A stretch of DNA of 63,767 bases, the filler included, from Octopus bimaculoides (Eukaryota), in the NCBI RefSeq assembly GCF_001194135.2. It is 4 parts of 4 records of this genome, joined end to end, with 100 filler letters (N's around TTAATTAATTAA, not from the genome) between each part and the next. Parts side by side here need not be neighbours in the genome. Positions count along the whole stretch, not along the records: positions 42,782 to 61,980 come from NC_069006.1; positions 62,081 to 63,767 come from NW_026423529.1; 2 more parts are not named here. The stretch is one strand, 5' to 3'. Under the pieces are notes generated by a model, which made no database searches, was not told the DNA's origin, and saw only the letters and a program-made list of their open reading frames with translations. Below, one piece after another: positions 54,312-63,767 of the stretch. How positions within the stretch are numbered: position 1 is the stretch's first letter; every line of letters begins with the position of its first letter. The position numbers and the translations under genes were made by a program.

Positions 54312-54500
54312 TGAGCTGGCAGAATAGTTAGCATGCCAGACAAAATTATTAGTAGCATTTCATTTGTCTTTATATTCTGAGTTCAAATTCCGCCGAGGTC
54401 AACTTTGCTCTTGATCCTTTCTGGGTTAATAAAATCAGTACCAGTTGAGCATTGGGGTTGATTTTATTGAGCTATCCCATCCCTGAAATTGCTGTGTCAA
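54312..54500 (+). mobile_element. SINE family D
   Basis: gagctggcagaatagttagcatgcc..ctgagttcaaattccgccgaggtcaactttgc..aatcagtaccagttgagcattgggg. Confidence 0.85.
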
Positions 54501-54789
54501 AACTTAAAAGCACTATATCCATACAAATGGGTAGATTGTACCAGAACTGATTTGAGCCCTAATAAGCCTCTAAATTAAGGATCTCTAACCACCAGGCTGT
54601 GGACCAACACCTCAGTCACCAAGCCACTCAAAAGGCTAAATTGTAAAATTCTATTTCTATTTTATTGACTCTTGCAGTCTACAAAGTGTTTTTGCATTAT
54701 ATATGTCACGCTCTGACCTTTCATCATCTGACACAAGATCACCTCCTCCAATGTCCCCCTCCCCTCACAAAAATTCCTTTCTTGCAAAG

Positions 54790-55100
54790 TGACTTAGTGA
54801 CCCTGCTGGTGCAGGTAGGTGCCACTTAAAAAGCACCCAGTCCAAACTGTGAAGTGTTTGGCATTTGGAAGAGCATCCAGCTGTAAAAACCATGCCAAAA
54901 CTGACCTCACCTGTGTAAGTGCTGTGTAAAAAGCACTCAGCCCACTCTGTCAAGTGGTTGGTGTTAGGAAGGGCATGCAGCTGTAAAAACCATGCCAAAA
55001 CAGATGCAGAAGCATGGGGCAGGCTCCCGCCTGGCCAGCTCCTGTCAAACCATCCAACCCATGCCAGCATAGAAGGAGGATGTTAAACGACGATGATGAT
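54790..55100 (+). mobile_element. SINE family C with an internal duplication of the central domain
   Basis: cagctgtaaaaaccatgccaaaac occurs twice; tail ccaacccatgccagcatagaa..(GAT)n. Confidence 0.85.
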
Positions 55101-55102
55101 AT

Positions 55103-55390
55103 GTATTACAGCTGGCACTCCATTGGTTGTGAAATTAACATGCAAGTGGCTGAGCACTCCGTAGACACGTGAACCATATATAGCTCTCAGGAAGATTCAG
55201 CGTGACACAGAATGTGACAAAGCTGGCCCTTCCTTTTGAATTAGAAGTACAACTCATTTTTACCAGCTGAGTGAACTGCAGCAATGTGAATTGAAGTGTC
55301 TTGCTCAAGGACACAATGTTCGACCAGGAATTGAACTCATGACCTTACCATCATGAGCTAAATAACCTAATGACTAACTACGCTTTCACA
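55103..55390 (-). mobile_element. Chimeric SINE: family H head with family B 3' body
   Basis: Minus strand: gagttcaattcctggtc..ccttgagcaagacacttcaattcacattgc, then gccagctttgtcacattctgtgtcacgctgaatc..gtgctcagccacttgcatgttaatttcac. Confidence 0.75.
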
Positions 55391-55479
55391 TGTATTATAC
55401 ATGTAATATATAATACATGTGGGAGATGTAGTGATTTGCTGTACGTCAAACTAAGTAAAACCCCTGTCTTCCACACACA

Positions 55480-55743
55480 GAGGCTTGTCCTTTGCAGGTG
55501 TCCCTTAAAAAGTACCAGTGCCCATGCTGCGTTAACGCATTCATGATGGTGCTGCGTAAACACACCTGTGCTAGTGGCACGTAAAAAGCACACTTTAAGT
55601 GCTTGGCATTAGGAAGGGCATCCACCTGTAGAAATCATGCCACAACAGACAGTTGGAGTCTGGAGAGCACACTGCTAGCCAGCTCCATGTCAGACCATCC
55701 AACCCATACCAGCATGGAAAGCAGATGTTAAATGATGATGATA
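55480..55743 (+). mobile_element. SINE family C
   Basis: gtggcacgtaaaaagcac..aggaagggcatccacctgtagaaa..ccaacccataccagcatggaaagcagatgttaaatgatgatg. Confidence 0.85.
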
Positions 55744-55748
55744 TGTGT

Positions 55749-55779
<31 letters not shown>

Positions 55780-55782
55780 ATA

Positions 55783-56145
55783 GGAGTGGCTGTGTGGTAA
55801 GATGCTTGCCTCCTAACCATATGGTTCTGGGTTCAGTCCCACTGCGTGGCACCTTGGGCAAGTGTCTTCTACTACAGCCTTGGGCTGACCAGAGTCTTGT
55901 GAGTGGATTTGGTAGATGGAAACTGAAAGAAGCCTGTCATATATGTGTGTGTGTGTGTGATTGTGTCTGTGTTTATGTTCCTGTAACTTAGTGGCTCAGT
56001 AAAAGAGTCCAATAAAATAAGTTCCAGGTTTAAAAGGAAAAAGTAGAAAATATTAGTACAGGGGTCGATTCATTCAACTAAAAATTTCTCAAGGTGGTGC
56101 CCCAGCATGGACACAACCTAAAGACTGAAGCAAGTAAAAGGTAAA
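55783..56145 (+). mobile_element. SINE family A, near full length, CpG-decayed
   Basis: aggagtggctgtgtggtaag..gggttcagtcccactgcgtggcaccttgggcaagtgtcttc. Confidence 0.9.
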
Positions 56146-56198
56146 AAGTAATTAAAGTATATATTATGCAATTTGTTGTGTTTTGTTATGGGTGTGAT

Positions 56199-56268
56199 GC
56201 CCCAATCTGTGGAAGGTATTATCTTGCATGAAAGCAGTCTGTGGTGCCAAAAAGATTGGTGACTGTTG
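56199..56268 (+). mobile_element. hAT-Charlie-like MITE right-end remnant
   Basis: gtggaaggtattatcttgcatgaaagcagtctgtggtgccaaaaagattggtgactg resembles MER1-type ends as I recall them; not checked against a library. Confidence 0.4.
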
Positions 56269-56274
56269 CTTTAA

Positions 56275-56492
56275 CCCTTTACTCTTCACATTATTTTGTC
56301 AAAAGTAAAGCTTATTTATTCACAAGTTTTGGATTAATCCTGCATTATCTTGTAGCTTTGAGATGTTGATGAGGTAAATAAATTTTTAGAATGATATTGT
56401 AGGGTTCGTGGGAGAGGCCAGATCTGGCCAGTTTGAACAGAAAGCAGGTAGAATATTAGGGCCAGATATGACCTGTTTAAAATGCTAAAGGT
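56275..56492. mobile_element. piggyBac-type MITE
   Basis: TTAA-cccttt..aatgctaaaggt-TTAA; same family as 43860. Confidence 0.85.
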
Positions 56493-57714
56493 TTAACTCA
56501 TCACTTCATCTATTAGAAATAGCAGTCAGATTTGCCTCAGCCTCCTTTATATCATTTAAAAAATAAAAATGAAATTGGATAATAGAGTCTGAGATACACC
56601 AAGCCTGAGAAGCCAAATGGTAATGTGTTTAACGGCTTTGATCTTATTGTTTGCACTGTAAGAGCTATGGTATCATGATGTCATTTTTTGTAACAAAACC
56701 ACTTGATTCTTCATCTTTTAACAATTGGCAGAAGTGTTTTGTGATCTGCACGGTCTTTCCCCAACAGTTCCCTTTTTTTAAAAAAATATTTCCTAACACT
56801 CCCATTCATTGGATGTTCCTTCTGCTTCTGGAATGCAAAGCATTTCTCAATAATATTACATTTCAAACATCTTGATTGTTATCTCAGCTTTTGGTATCTA
56901 AGCGTTCCTTGAAATTGTTACTCTGAATTTTATTAAGTGGTAAAAAAAAAATTCACCAAGATAAAAGAACAGAATTATATCCATTCTGGTTTCTTTGTCA
57001 AAGCACAAAAGAAATAAAGAGTTTGAATGAGAGAGAGAGAGTGTGGGGTCGGGGAAGGGAGAGTCTGTTTTAATTGCAACCAATTCTCTTAATGAATAAT
57101 GAATATCTGGATGGTTTATCTATGATGCCTATTTTCTTGCCCTCCCCCTAGGTGATTAAAGTAAATATATATAAATAATCTTCATTAGAAGTTTCATTTA
57201 CTGTCACATTAAACAGATTAATTGATTAATTTCTGTAATTTTATTACTATCAATCTGTTTCATATTTGTACCTCAGTGTGTTTGTATGTATGTATGTATG
57301 TATGTATGTGTGTGTGTGTGTGTGTGTATATAATCACACACACGCACACAAATGTGAGTATATATGAAATATAGATATAGAACTATTACTGATAACGGCA
57401 GAAATGTATGATATTTGTGTGTGTGTGTATACATATGCAAGTATGTATCTATATATGTGTGTGTGTGTGTGTGTGAGTATTTTATATTTCTGTCATCAAT
57501 TATAGCCTATGGCTGTATGTTTCAATACACACATACATACATACATGTTAGTGTGTGTGTATAAGATATGATTCATTTTTGGCATTATTAATCATGGTTT
57601 TGTATCTAGATTTCAAAGTATCTTTTATATTTAGAAAATCAAACAGCTAATGATATTTCTATGGAATCCAATTTAAGAATTCCTTGGTAAATTCTTGTAT
57701 GGGCAAATAAATCA

Positions 57715-58275
57715 GTGAGTGGTAAAGCAGTTAGCTTTCTAATCTCAAGATTTCTGATTCAATCCACCGCATAGCACCTATTAGCAAAGTGTATTCTTTG
57801 ATAGCCTCAAGACAATTCCTTCTGAGCCTTGTGAATGGAAATGGTAGATTGTAATTGAAGCAAGCGTGGCTGTGCAGTCAGAAGTTTGCTTCCTAATCTC
57901 ATGGTTTTGGGTTCAGTTTCACTGCATTGCGCTTTAGCCTATGTCATCTGATATAGCCCCCAGGCTGACCAAGACCTTGTGAGTAGATTTGGTTGATGGA
58001 AAGTGAAAGAAACCTTTTGTATAAATATGATTGTGTGTGTGTGTGACTGTCTCCTTGCCTTGACATCACGTATCGCCAACAGGCAAGTGGCATCCTTTGT
58101 TTCCAATCTTCTGGGGAAATATTACTTTGCTCAGAAACTGAGCATTGGTGATAGGAAGGGCATCCAGTTATAGAAAATCCACCTCAAATTCTATCCTCTA
58201 CTATAGCCTCAAGCTGACCAAAACCTTGTGAGTGGATTTGGTAAATGGCAAATGAAAGAAGCCTTTTGTGTATAT
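57715..58275 (+). mobile_element. Cluster of three degenerate SINE A heads around a SINE C fragment
   Basis: Repeated ..ttgtga.tggattt.g..gatgga.a..gaaagaa motif ending at about 57850, 58010 and 58260. Confidence 0.65.
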
Positions 58276-58447
58276 ATGTGAGCGTGCATGGAAAAGTGAG
58301 TGTTAAAGTGATGATGTAAGTGTGCAGGAGCCCTTTGAATAGACCATTCCTGTTCTCGGATGGTAAGCTTAATCTATCACCTGATTTTTAATACCACCAC
58401 CTGGCCTGTGGGTGCTTTTAGAGCAAGTCTTCAATCTGTTGAAGGTA

Positions 58448-58668
58448 TGCAATGGGGTGCTAAAAAGTTCCTGGCTTTGAGTAACAGAAAATACAGGAGG
58501 GTCAGTTAATTATGATTTTATTCAAAATATTCCCCTCTCAGATTCACACACTTATTGCAGCGGTCCTTCAGTTTTTCTAAGCCCTGTAAAAGAACTCAGA
58601 TGCCTGGGCCTTCAACCAGGCCTTTCATGATACCTTCAAAGCCAGGAACTTTTCAGCACCCTTTCCCA
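58448..58668. mobile_element. Mariner-type MITE, opposite orientation to the 61247 copy
   Basis: TIRs ggtgctaaaaagttcctggcttt and aaagccaggaacttttcagcacc, TA-flanked. Confidence 0.85.
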
Positions 58669-58801
58669 TATGTTTGGATCAGATTTCCAGTCTGAAGATA
58701 GGATAATGCAGTACAGTTCTATATTTAAGAGATGAGGAATTATGTACATTATTTACATTATTTACATTTGACGGATATTTGTCCTCATCTTGTTTGTTGT
58801 T

Positions 58802-58847
58802 AACACAATGTTTCGGCTGATATACCCTCCAGCCTTCATCAGGTGTC
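58802..58847 (-). ncRNA. Minimal hammerhead ribozyme motif in the Penelope pLTR
   Basis: GACAC-CTGATGA-AGGCTG-GAGGGTATAT-CAGCC-GAAAC-ATT-GTGTT. Stems I and II pair; the GTT of the other copy is ATT here, consistent with CpG decay. Confidence 0.75.
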
Positions 58848-58930
58848 TTGGGGAAATTTCGAACCTAGGTTCTCATTCCAAAGGTATTTTTTTATGTTAT
58901 TATTATTATCATTATTATTATTATTGTTCA

Positions 58931-58997
58931 GGTCACTGCTTGGAATTGAACTCGGAATCTTGGGGTTAGTAGCCCATGCTCTTAACCACTATGCCAT
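58931..58997 (-). promoter_or_regulatory. tRNA-derived module (Pol III A/B boxes) between the Penelope ORF end and the hammerhead
   Basis: TGGCATAGTGGTTAAGAGCATGGGCTACTAACCCCAAGATTCCGAGTTCAATTCCAAGCAGTGACC: A box TGGCATAGTGG, B box GAGTTCAATTCC; followed by (AAT)n; no acceptor stem evident. Confidence 0.7.
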
Positions 58998-59033
58998 ATG
59001 CTCCGTGGGCAATTATGAGTGAATTTTTAGGGC

Positions 59034-59726
59034 TTATAAATCTAATATTCTTCTATCCTTCCTTAATACCGGTTCCCATATGCTGTTCATATCTGCACTC
59101 GGTCTGCTTAGGAGGTTGTTGTCTCCTAGCATATGTGCTGCTTCTGTTAGTTTTCGTATTTTCCAGTGGTGTTCTCTGTCTATTATTTTAACTTCATCCC
59201 ACAGGGGGAGGTGGTCTCCATTTTTCCATACATGATCAGCTATACCCGATTTATCACTATCTCCTCGTGTCACAGCTTTGCGATGTTCCTCTACCTTTAT
59301 TTTGAGGGGGCAGAGTGTTTCGCCTTTGTATAACCTACCACAGCTGCACGGGATGGAGTACACGCAGTCTTTGGTCATATTCTCTTCTATTGGTGGTTTT
59401 ACCTGAAGGGGATATTTGCAAAGTGCTGTATTNNNNNNNNNNNNNNNNNNNNNNNNNNNNNNNNNNTCTTTTGTATCTTTTCGGAGAGGCCTTTCACATA
59501 GGGTAGACAGAGACTGTGGACAGTGTATTGACCTCATCCTCTCTCTTCTTCATAATCGGAGTGGATTGTATACTTTTGGAGTAGTTGTTGCTTAACAGAT
59601 CATTATTGAGCTTGATCATTTCTTCGTGGTGGGTATCACGATCGCTACTTATATTCTTTGCATGATATTTTAGGCACTGAGCAATCCCTCTCTTTACACT
59701 GTATGGATGGTGGGAGTTGAAATTTT
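59034..59726 (-). pseudogene. Penelope-like RT thumb/linker plus GIY-YIG endonuclease, frameshifted
   Basis: NFNSHHPYSVKRGIAQCL..AKNISS..LLSNNY (ORF 59494-59739) and KDCVYSIPCSCGRLYKGET..EHRKAV..KSGIADHVW..WDEVKIIDREHHWKIRKLTEA (ORF 59034-59537). Confidence 0.93.
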
Positions 59727-59739
59727 GAAATTTCCCCAA

Positions 59740-59785
59740 GACACCTGATGAAGGCTGGAAGGTATATCAGCTGAAACGTTGTGTT
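59740..59785 (+). ncRNA. Minimal hammerhead ribozyme motif in the inverted pLTR
   Basis: GACAC-CTGATGA-AGGCTG-GAAGGTATAT-CAGCT-GAAAC-GTT-GTGTT; palindromic ACGT in place of stem III. Confidence 0.8.
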
Positions 59786-59840
59786 AACAACAAACAAGAT
59801 GAGGACAAATATTCGTCAAATGTAAATAATGTAGATAATG

Positions 59841-60089
59841 CAGTAGTTCTCAACTGGGGTCCTCATGGCTCTTGAGGGGTTTACATGACCCTTGGAGTCC
59901 ACATAAGATTTTGTTAAAGTTTATGAGCAATAAATTGGTTATACTTCTACAATACACAGAATATTATAACAATTTTTTATGATTCTTTATAATATTAAAT
60001 TATAAACAGTGAATAGCTATAAGGGTTCTGTAGAGTAAAATAGGAATCTAAGGGGTCCACAGGTAAAAAAAAGTGGTTGAGAACTACTG
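59841..60089. mobile_element. hAT-type MITE whose left TIR was the Penelope target site
   Basis: 14-bp TIR cagtagttctcaac/gttgagaactactg; degenerate 8-bp TSD ggataatg (58701-58708) and ggataacc (60090-60097). Confidence 0.85.
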
Positions 60090-60173
60090 GGATAACCTAT
60101 TGGTTGTGGTTTGGTTTCTTTTTCCTTCCCACCATCAACCAGTCTAAGACCTAGCAACCTGTGTTTGGTTTAA

Positions 60174-60799
60174 CCCTTTAGCATTCAGATTATTTTGTCA
60201 AATGTAATGTTTATTTATTCACATTGTTTTGAATTAATCATGCATTATCTTTTTGGGTTGAGATTTCAATGTTGTGCTTGTTTATTTTTAGAAGGACATT
60301 GTAGGGTAGGTGCGAGAGGCTGAATATGACTAGTCATAGGCACAGGAGTGGCTGTGTGGAAAGTAGCTTGCTTACCAACCACATGGTTCCGGGTTCAGTT
60401 CCACTTTGTGGCAACTTGGGCAAGTGTCTTCTACTATAGCCTCGGGCCGACCAAAGCATTGTGAGTGGATTTGGTAGACGGAAACTGAAAGAAGCCCATC
60501 GTGTATATATATGTGTGTGTGTGTGTGTTTGTGTGTCTGTGTTTGTCCCCCCCCCCCATCGCTTGACAATCGATGCTGGTGTGTTTACGTCCCCGTAACT
60601 TAGCAGTTCGGCAAAAAGAGACCGATAGAATAAGTACTAGGCTTACAAAGAATAAGTCCTCGGGTCGCTTTTCTCGACTAAAGGCAGTGCTCCAGCATGG
60701 CCACAGTCAAATGACTGAAACAAATAAAAAGTAAGAAAGCCAGTACATAAAACAGGTAGAATATTTGGGCCGGATATGGCCGGTTTAAATGTCAAAAGT
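60174..60799. mobile_element. piggyBac-type MITE interrupted by SINE A
   Basis: TTAA-ccctttagcatt start; resumes at acataaaacaggtagaatatttgggccgg after the SINE; ends aaaagt-TTAA. Confidence 0.85.
60337..60739 (+). mobile_element. SINE family A, full length, young
   Basis: Complete head, internal (TG)n and 3' tail; many CpGs retained. Confidence 0.93.
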
Positions 60800-60934
60800 T
60801 TAATGATGTCAAATTTAAGTCCTACTAGAGTCCGTAGCTCTACCCCTCTGTGCCTGTTGCCATCATCATGTCCATTTTTCTATACTGGCAAAATATATAC
60901 GATGTTGTTTGTTCCCACTTTTGTTCTATGAAAA

Positions 60935-61074
60935 CATGTCTGACCAAGGGGAAATATTACCATGCTTGGAAATAGGTGATGGTTGGCAACAGGAAGGGAA
61001 TCTGGCTGTAGAAAACCTGCCTCAACAAATTTGTCTGACCCATGCAATCATGGAAAAGTGGATGTTAAATGATA

Positions 61075-61103
<29 letters not shown>
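60935..61103 (+). mobile_element. SINE family C 3' part with (GAT)n tail
   Basis: ggttggcaacaggaagggaatctggctgtagaaaacc..acccatgcaatcatggaaaagtggatgttaaatg. Confidence 0.8.
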
Positions 61104-61105
<2 letters not shown>

Positions 61106-61116
61106 GCAAAGTAAGA

Positions 61117-61206
61117 GAATAGTTCCCAACCACTTTTTGCACGTGGACCTCTTTTGGTTCCTATTTTTTACTCTACTGAACCCTCAACCCTAGTTGAGAA
61201 CTGCTG
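61117..61206. mobile_element. Small hAT-like MITE remnant
   Basis: Ends aatagttcccaac and gttgagaactgctg. Confidence 0.4.
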
Positions 61207-61246
61207 GGTTATCCTATCGTCAGGCTGGAAATCTGGTCCAAATATA

Positions 61247-61637
61247 CAATGGAGTGCTGAAAAGTTCCTGGCTTTAAAGGTATTGCAAAAGGCCTGGTTG
61301 GAGGAGGCTCAACCTTCCAAGTTCTTTTACAGTGCTTAGGAAAACTGAAGGACTGCTGCAATAAGTGTGTGAATCTGGGAGGGGAATATGTTGAATAAAC
61401 TCATAAATTAACTGATCCTCTTGTATTTTCTTTTACTGAAAGCCTGGAACTTTTCAGCACCCCCTCATTTACACATACACACACTCACACACACAAGGGG
61501 GGGGGCTGAAAAGTTCCTGGCTTTAAGGATATCATGAAAGGCCTGGTTGGAGGAGGCCCAACGTTCCGAGTTCTTTTACAGGGCTTAGAAAAAACTGAAG
61601 GACCCCTACAATAAGTGTGTGAATCTGAGAAGGGAAT
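61247..61637. mobile_element. Two tandem mariner-type MITE copies (61247-61469 complete; 61494-61637 cut by SINE B)
   Basis: Both begin gctgaaaagttcctggctttaa; the first ends ggaacttttcagcaccccc. Confidence 0.85.
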
Positions 61638-61980
61638 GTTGTTGTTGGCACTCCGCCGCTTACAACGTCGGGGGTTCCAGTTGATCCGATCAACGGAACA
61701 GCCTGCTCGTGAAATTAACGTGCAAGTGGCTGAGCACTCCACAGACACGTGTACCCTTAACGTAGTTCTCGAGTGTATTCAGTGTGACACAGTGTAACAA
61801 GGCTGACCCTTTGAATTACAGGCACAACAGAAACAGGAAGTAAGAGTGAGAGAAAGTTGTGGTGGAAGAGTACAGCAGGGTTCGCCACCACCCCCTGCTG
61901 GAGCCTCGTGGAGCTTTAGGTGTTTTCGCTCAATAAACACTCACAACACCCGGTCTGGGAATCGAAGCTGCGATCCTATG
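61638..61980 (-). mobile_element. SINE family B, head lost in the gap
   Basis: Close reverse-complement match to the 21538 copy. Confidence 0.92.
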
Positions 61981-62080
61981 NNNNNNNNNNNNNNNNNNNN
62001 NNNNNNNNNNNNNNNNNNNNNNNNTTAATTAATTAANNNNNNNNNNNNNNNNNNNNNNNNNNNNNNNNNNNNNNNNNNNN
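61981..62080. other. Artificial scaffold spacer N44-TTAATTAATTAA-N44
   Basis: Same 100-nt block as at 16122. Confidence 0.95.
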
Positions 62081-62238
62081 TATGTATGTATGTATGTATG
62101 TATGTATATATGTATGTATCTATCTATCTACCTACCTATCAACCTATCTATCGACCTACCTACCTACCTACCTACCTACCTACCTACCTACCTCTGTCTG
62201 TTTGTCTGTCTGTCTGTCTATCTACCTACCTATCTCTG

Positions 62239-62303
<65 letters not shown>

Positions 62304-62469
62304 ATGCGTGTGTGTATGTATGTACGTATATATAAAAGTAAATCTTCTGGACATTACTCTCTCGGGCCCTCGGACCCATTAAGGTCGGTCACCCGATCGA
62401 GATCACAACGTTCCTCTCGAACGAGACGCCAGTCTGCAGCAACATTACTCATTTACAACCAAAGTAGAC

Positions 62470-62575
62470 TGGAAATGTGGTGTTTTATTGAAGAACGCAA
62501 CACATCACCCAGTCTGAGAATCGAAACCACGATCTTGCGATCGTGAGTGCAACATTAGGCCACGTGACTTCATGT
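62470..62575 (-). mobile_element. SINE family H head
   Basis: Minus strand: gatcgtggtttcgattctcagactgggtgatgtgttgcgttcttc. Confidence 0.65.
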
Positions 62576-63767
62576 TCACCATGCAGTACCAGTCAAGACT
62601 GCAAAAATAGCAGCAGATATAGCCTCGTTCTGGCGTGCATCTTCCTATAATTTTTGAAGGAAAAATATAATCTTCACATGATTTGCAATAAAACTTTAAC
62701 ATATTTTCTCTTGTCAGATTCTAAATAACACAATATATTTCATCAGCATTTATTGCAGAATTGATGATATTTTCAATGTCTTCATTTTAAAAAAATGCTA
62801 TTTTTTGGTGGTGAATCATCATGTTTGACAAATTCTAGCGTTGCAGTAGCACCAGAAATTTCTATTGGAGAAGTACTTGTTTCATATTGATTTTCTTCTA
62901 TATTGTTTCCTTGAGGCAAAGCAGGAAAATTATCTGGTGAATCATAGTATATATATATATATATATATATATATATNNNNNNNNNNNNNNNNNNNNNNNN
63001 NNNNNNNNNNNNNNNNNNNNNNNNNNNNNNNNNNNNNNNNNNNNNNNNNNNNNNNNNNNNNNNNNNNNNNNNNNNNNNNNNNNNNNNNNNNNNNNNNNNN
63101 NNNNNNNNNNNNNNNNNNNNNNNNNNNNNNNNNNNNNNNNNNNNNNNNNNNNNNNNNNNNNNNNNNNNNNNNNNNNNNNNNNNNNNNNNNNNNNNNNNNN
63201 NNNNNNNNNNNNNNNNNNNNNNNNNNNNNNNNNNNNNNNNNNNNNNNNNNNNNNNNNNNNNNNNNNNNNNNNNNNNNNNNNNNNNNNNNNNNNNNNNNNN
63301 NNNNNNNNNNNNNNNNNNNNNNNNNNNNNNNNNNNNNNNNNNNNNNNNNNNNNNNNNNNNNNNNNNNNNNNNNNNNNNNNNNNNNNNNNNNNNNNNNNNN
63401 NNNNNNNNNNNNNNNNNNNNNNNNNNNNNNNNNNNNNNNNNNNNNNNNNNNNNNNNNNNNNNNNNNNNNNNNNNNNNNNNNNNNNNNNNNNNNNNNNNNN
63501 NNNNNNNNNNNNNNNNNNNNNNNNNNNNNNNNNNNNNNNNNNNNNNNNNNNNNNNNNNNNNNNNNNNNNNNNNNNNNNNNNNNNNNNNNNNNNNAAAAAA
63601 AAAAAGGGAAAGTCAGTGAGGGAAATCTGATGAAGGATTAAGAGCAAAGTAGGAAGGCGTTTCTATTGGAACAGTTGAAAAGAGAAGAGGAAGCGAGAGG
63701 ACGTAAACGTGCGAATATCGGTGTATATCCATGTTTGGAAATCAGTAGAGTGGGGAGTGATGTGTGT

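Larger units (their letters stand above)
58714..59833 (-). mobile_element. 5'-truncated Penelope-like retroelement with inverted pLTR and 12-bp TSD
   Basis: GIY-YIG remnant; 59727-59833 (+) is the inverted copy of about 58755-58860; TSD GATAATGCAGTA at 58702-58713 and 59834-59845. Confidence 0.92.

Noticed and set aside
56586-56618. Apparent exon SLRYTKPEKPNG, FN3-like
   Set aside because: It lies in a dispersed repeat (gaaatagcag..aaatttccct family also seen near 50820 and 20430).

Overview
This is AT-rich, repeat-dense eukaryotic draft-assembly sequence, most likely octopus. That assignment rests on my recollection of octopus SINE-like repeats, not on a database search. I found no intact host protein-coding gene, true tRNA or rRNA gene, or CRISPR array. 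Nearly all ORFs in the track come from microsatellites or run through N gaps. The window contains several tRNA-derived SINE families (labelled A, B, C, D and H here), decayed RTE-type LINE 3' ends, a Dong/R4-like LINE scrap inside (TAA)n, a mariner transposase remnant, and Tc1/mariner-, hAT- and piggyBac-type MITEs. The most structured locus is a 5'-truncated Penelope-like element at 58714-59833. It has a GIY-YIG endonuclease remnant, an inverted pLTR, two minimal hammerhead ribozymes, a tRNA-like module and a 12-bp target-site duplication. Four further solo hammerhead-like motifs are scattered through the window. Three N44-TTAATTAATTAA-N44 blocks are artificial linkers. The block between the second and third linker (42.8-62.0 kb) looks CpG-depleted and has a different repeat content from the rest. 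SINE and LINE boundaries are approximate, within about 20 bp.
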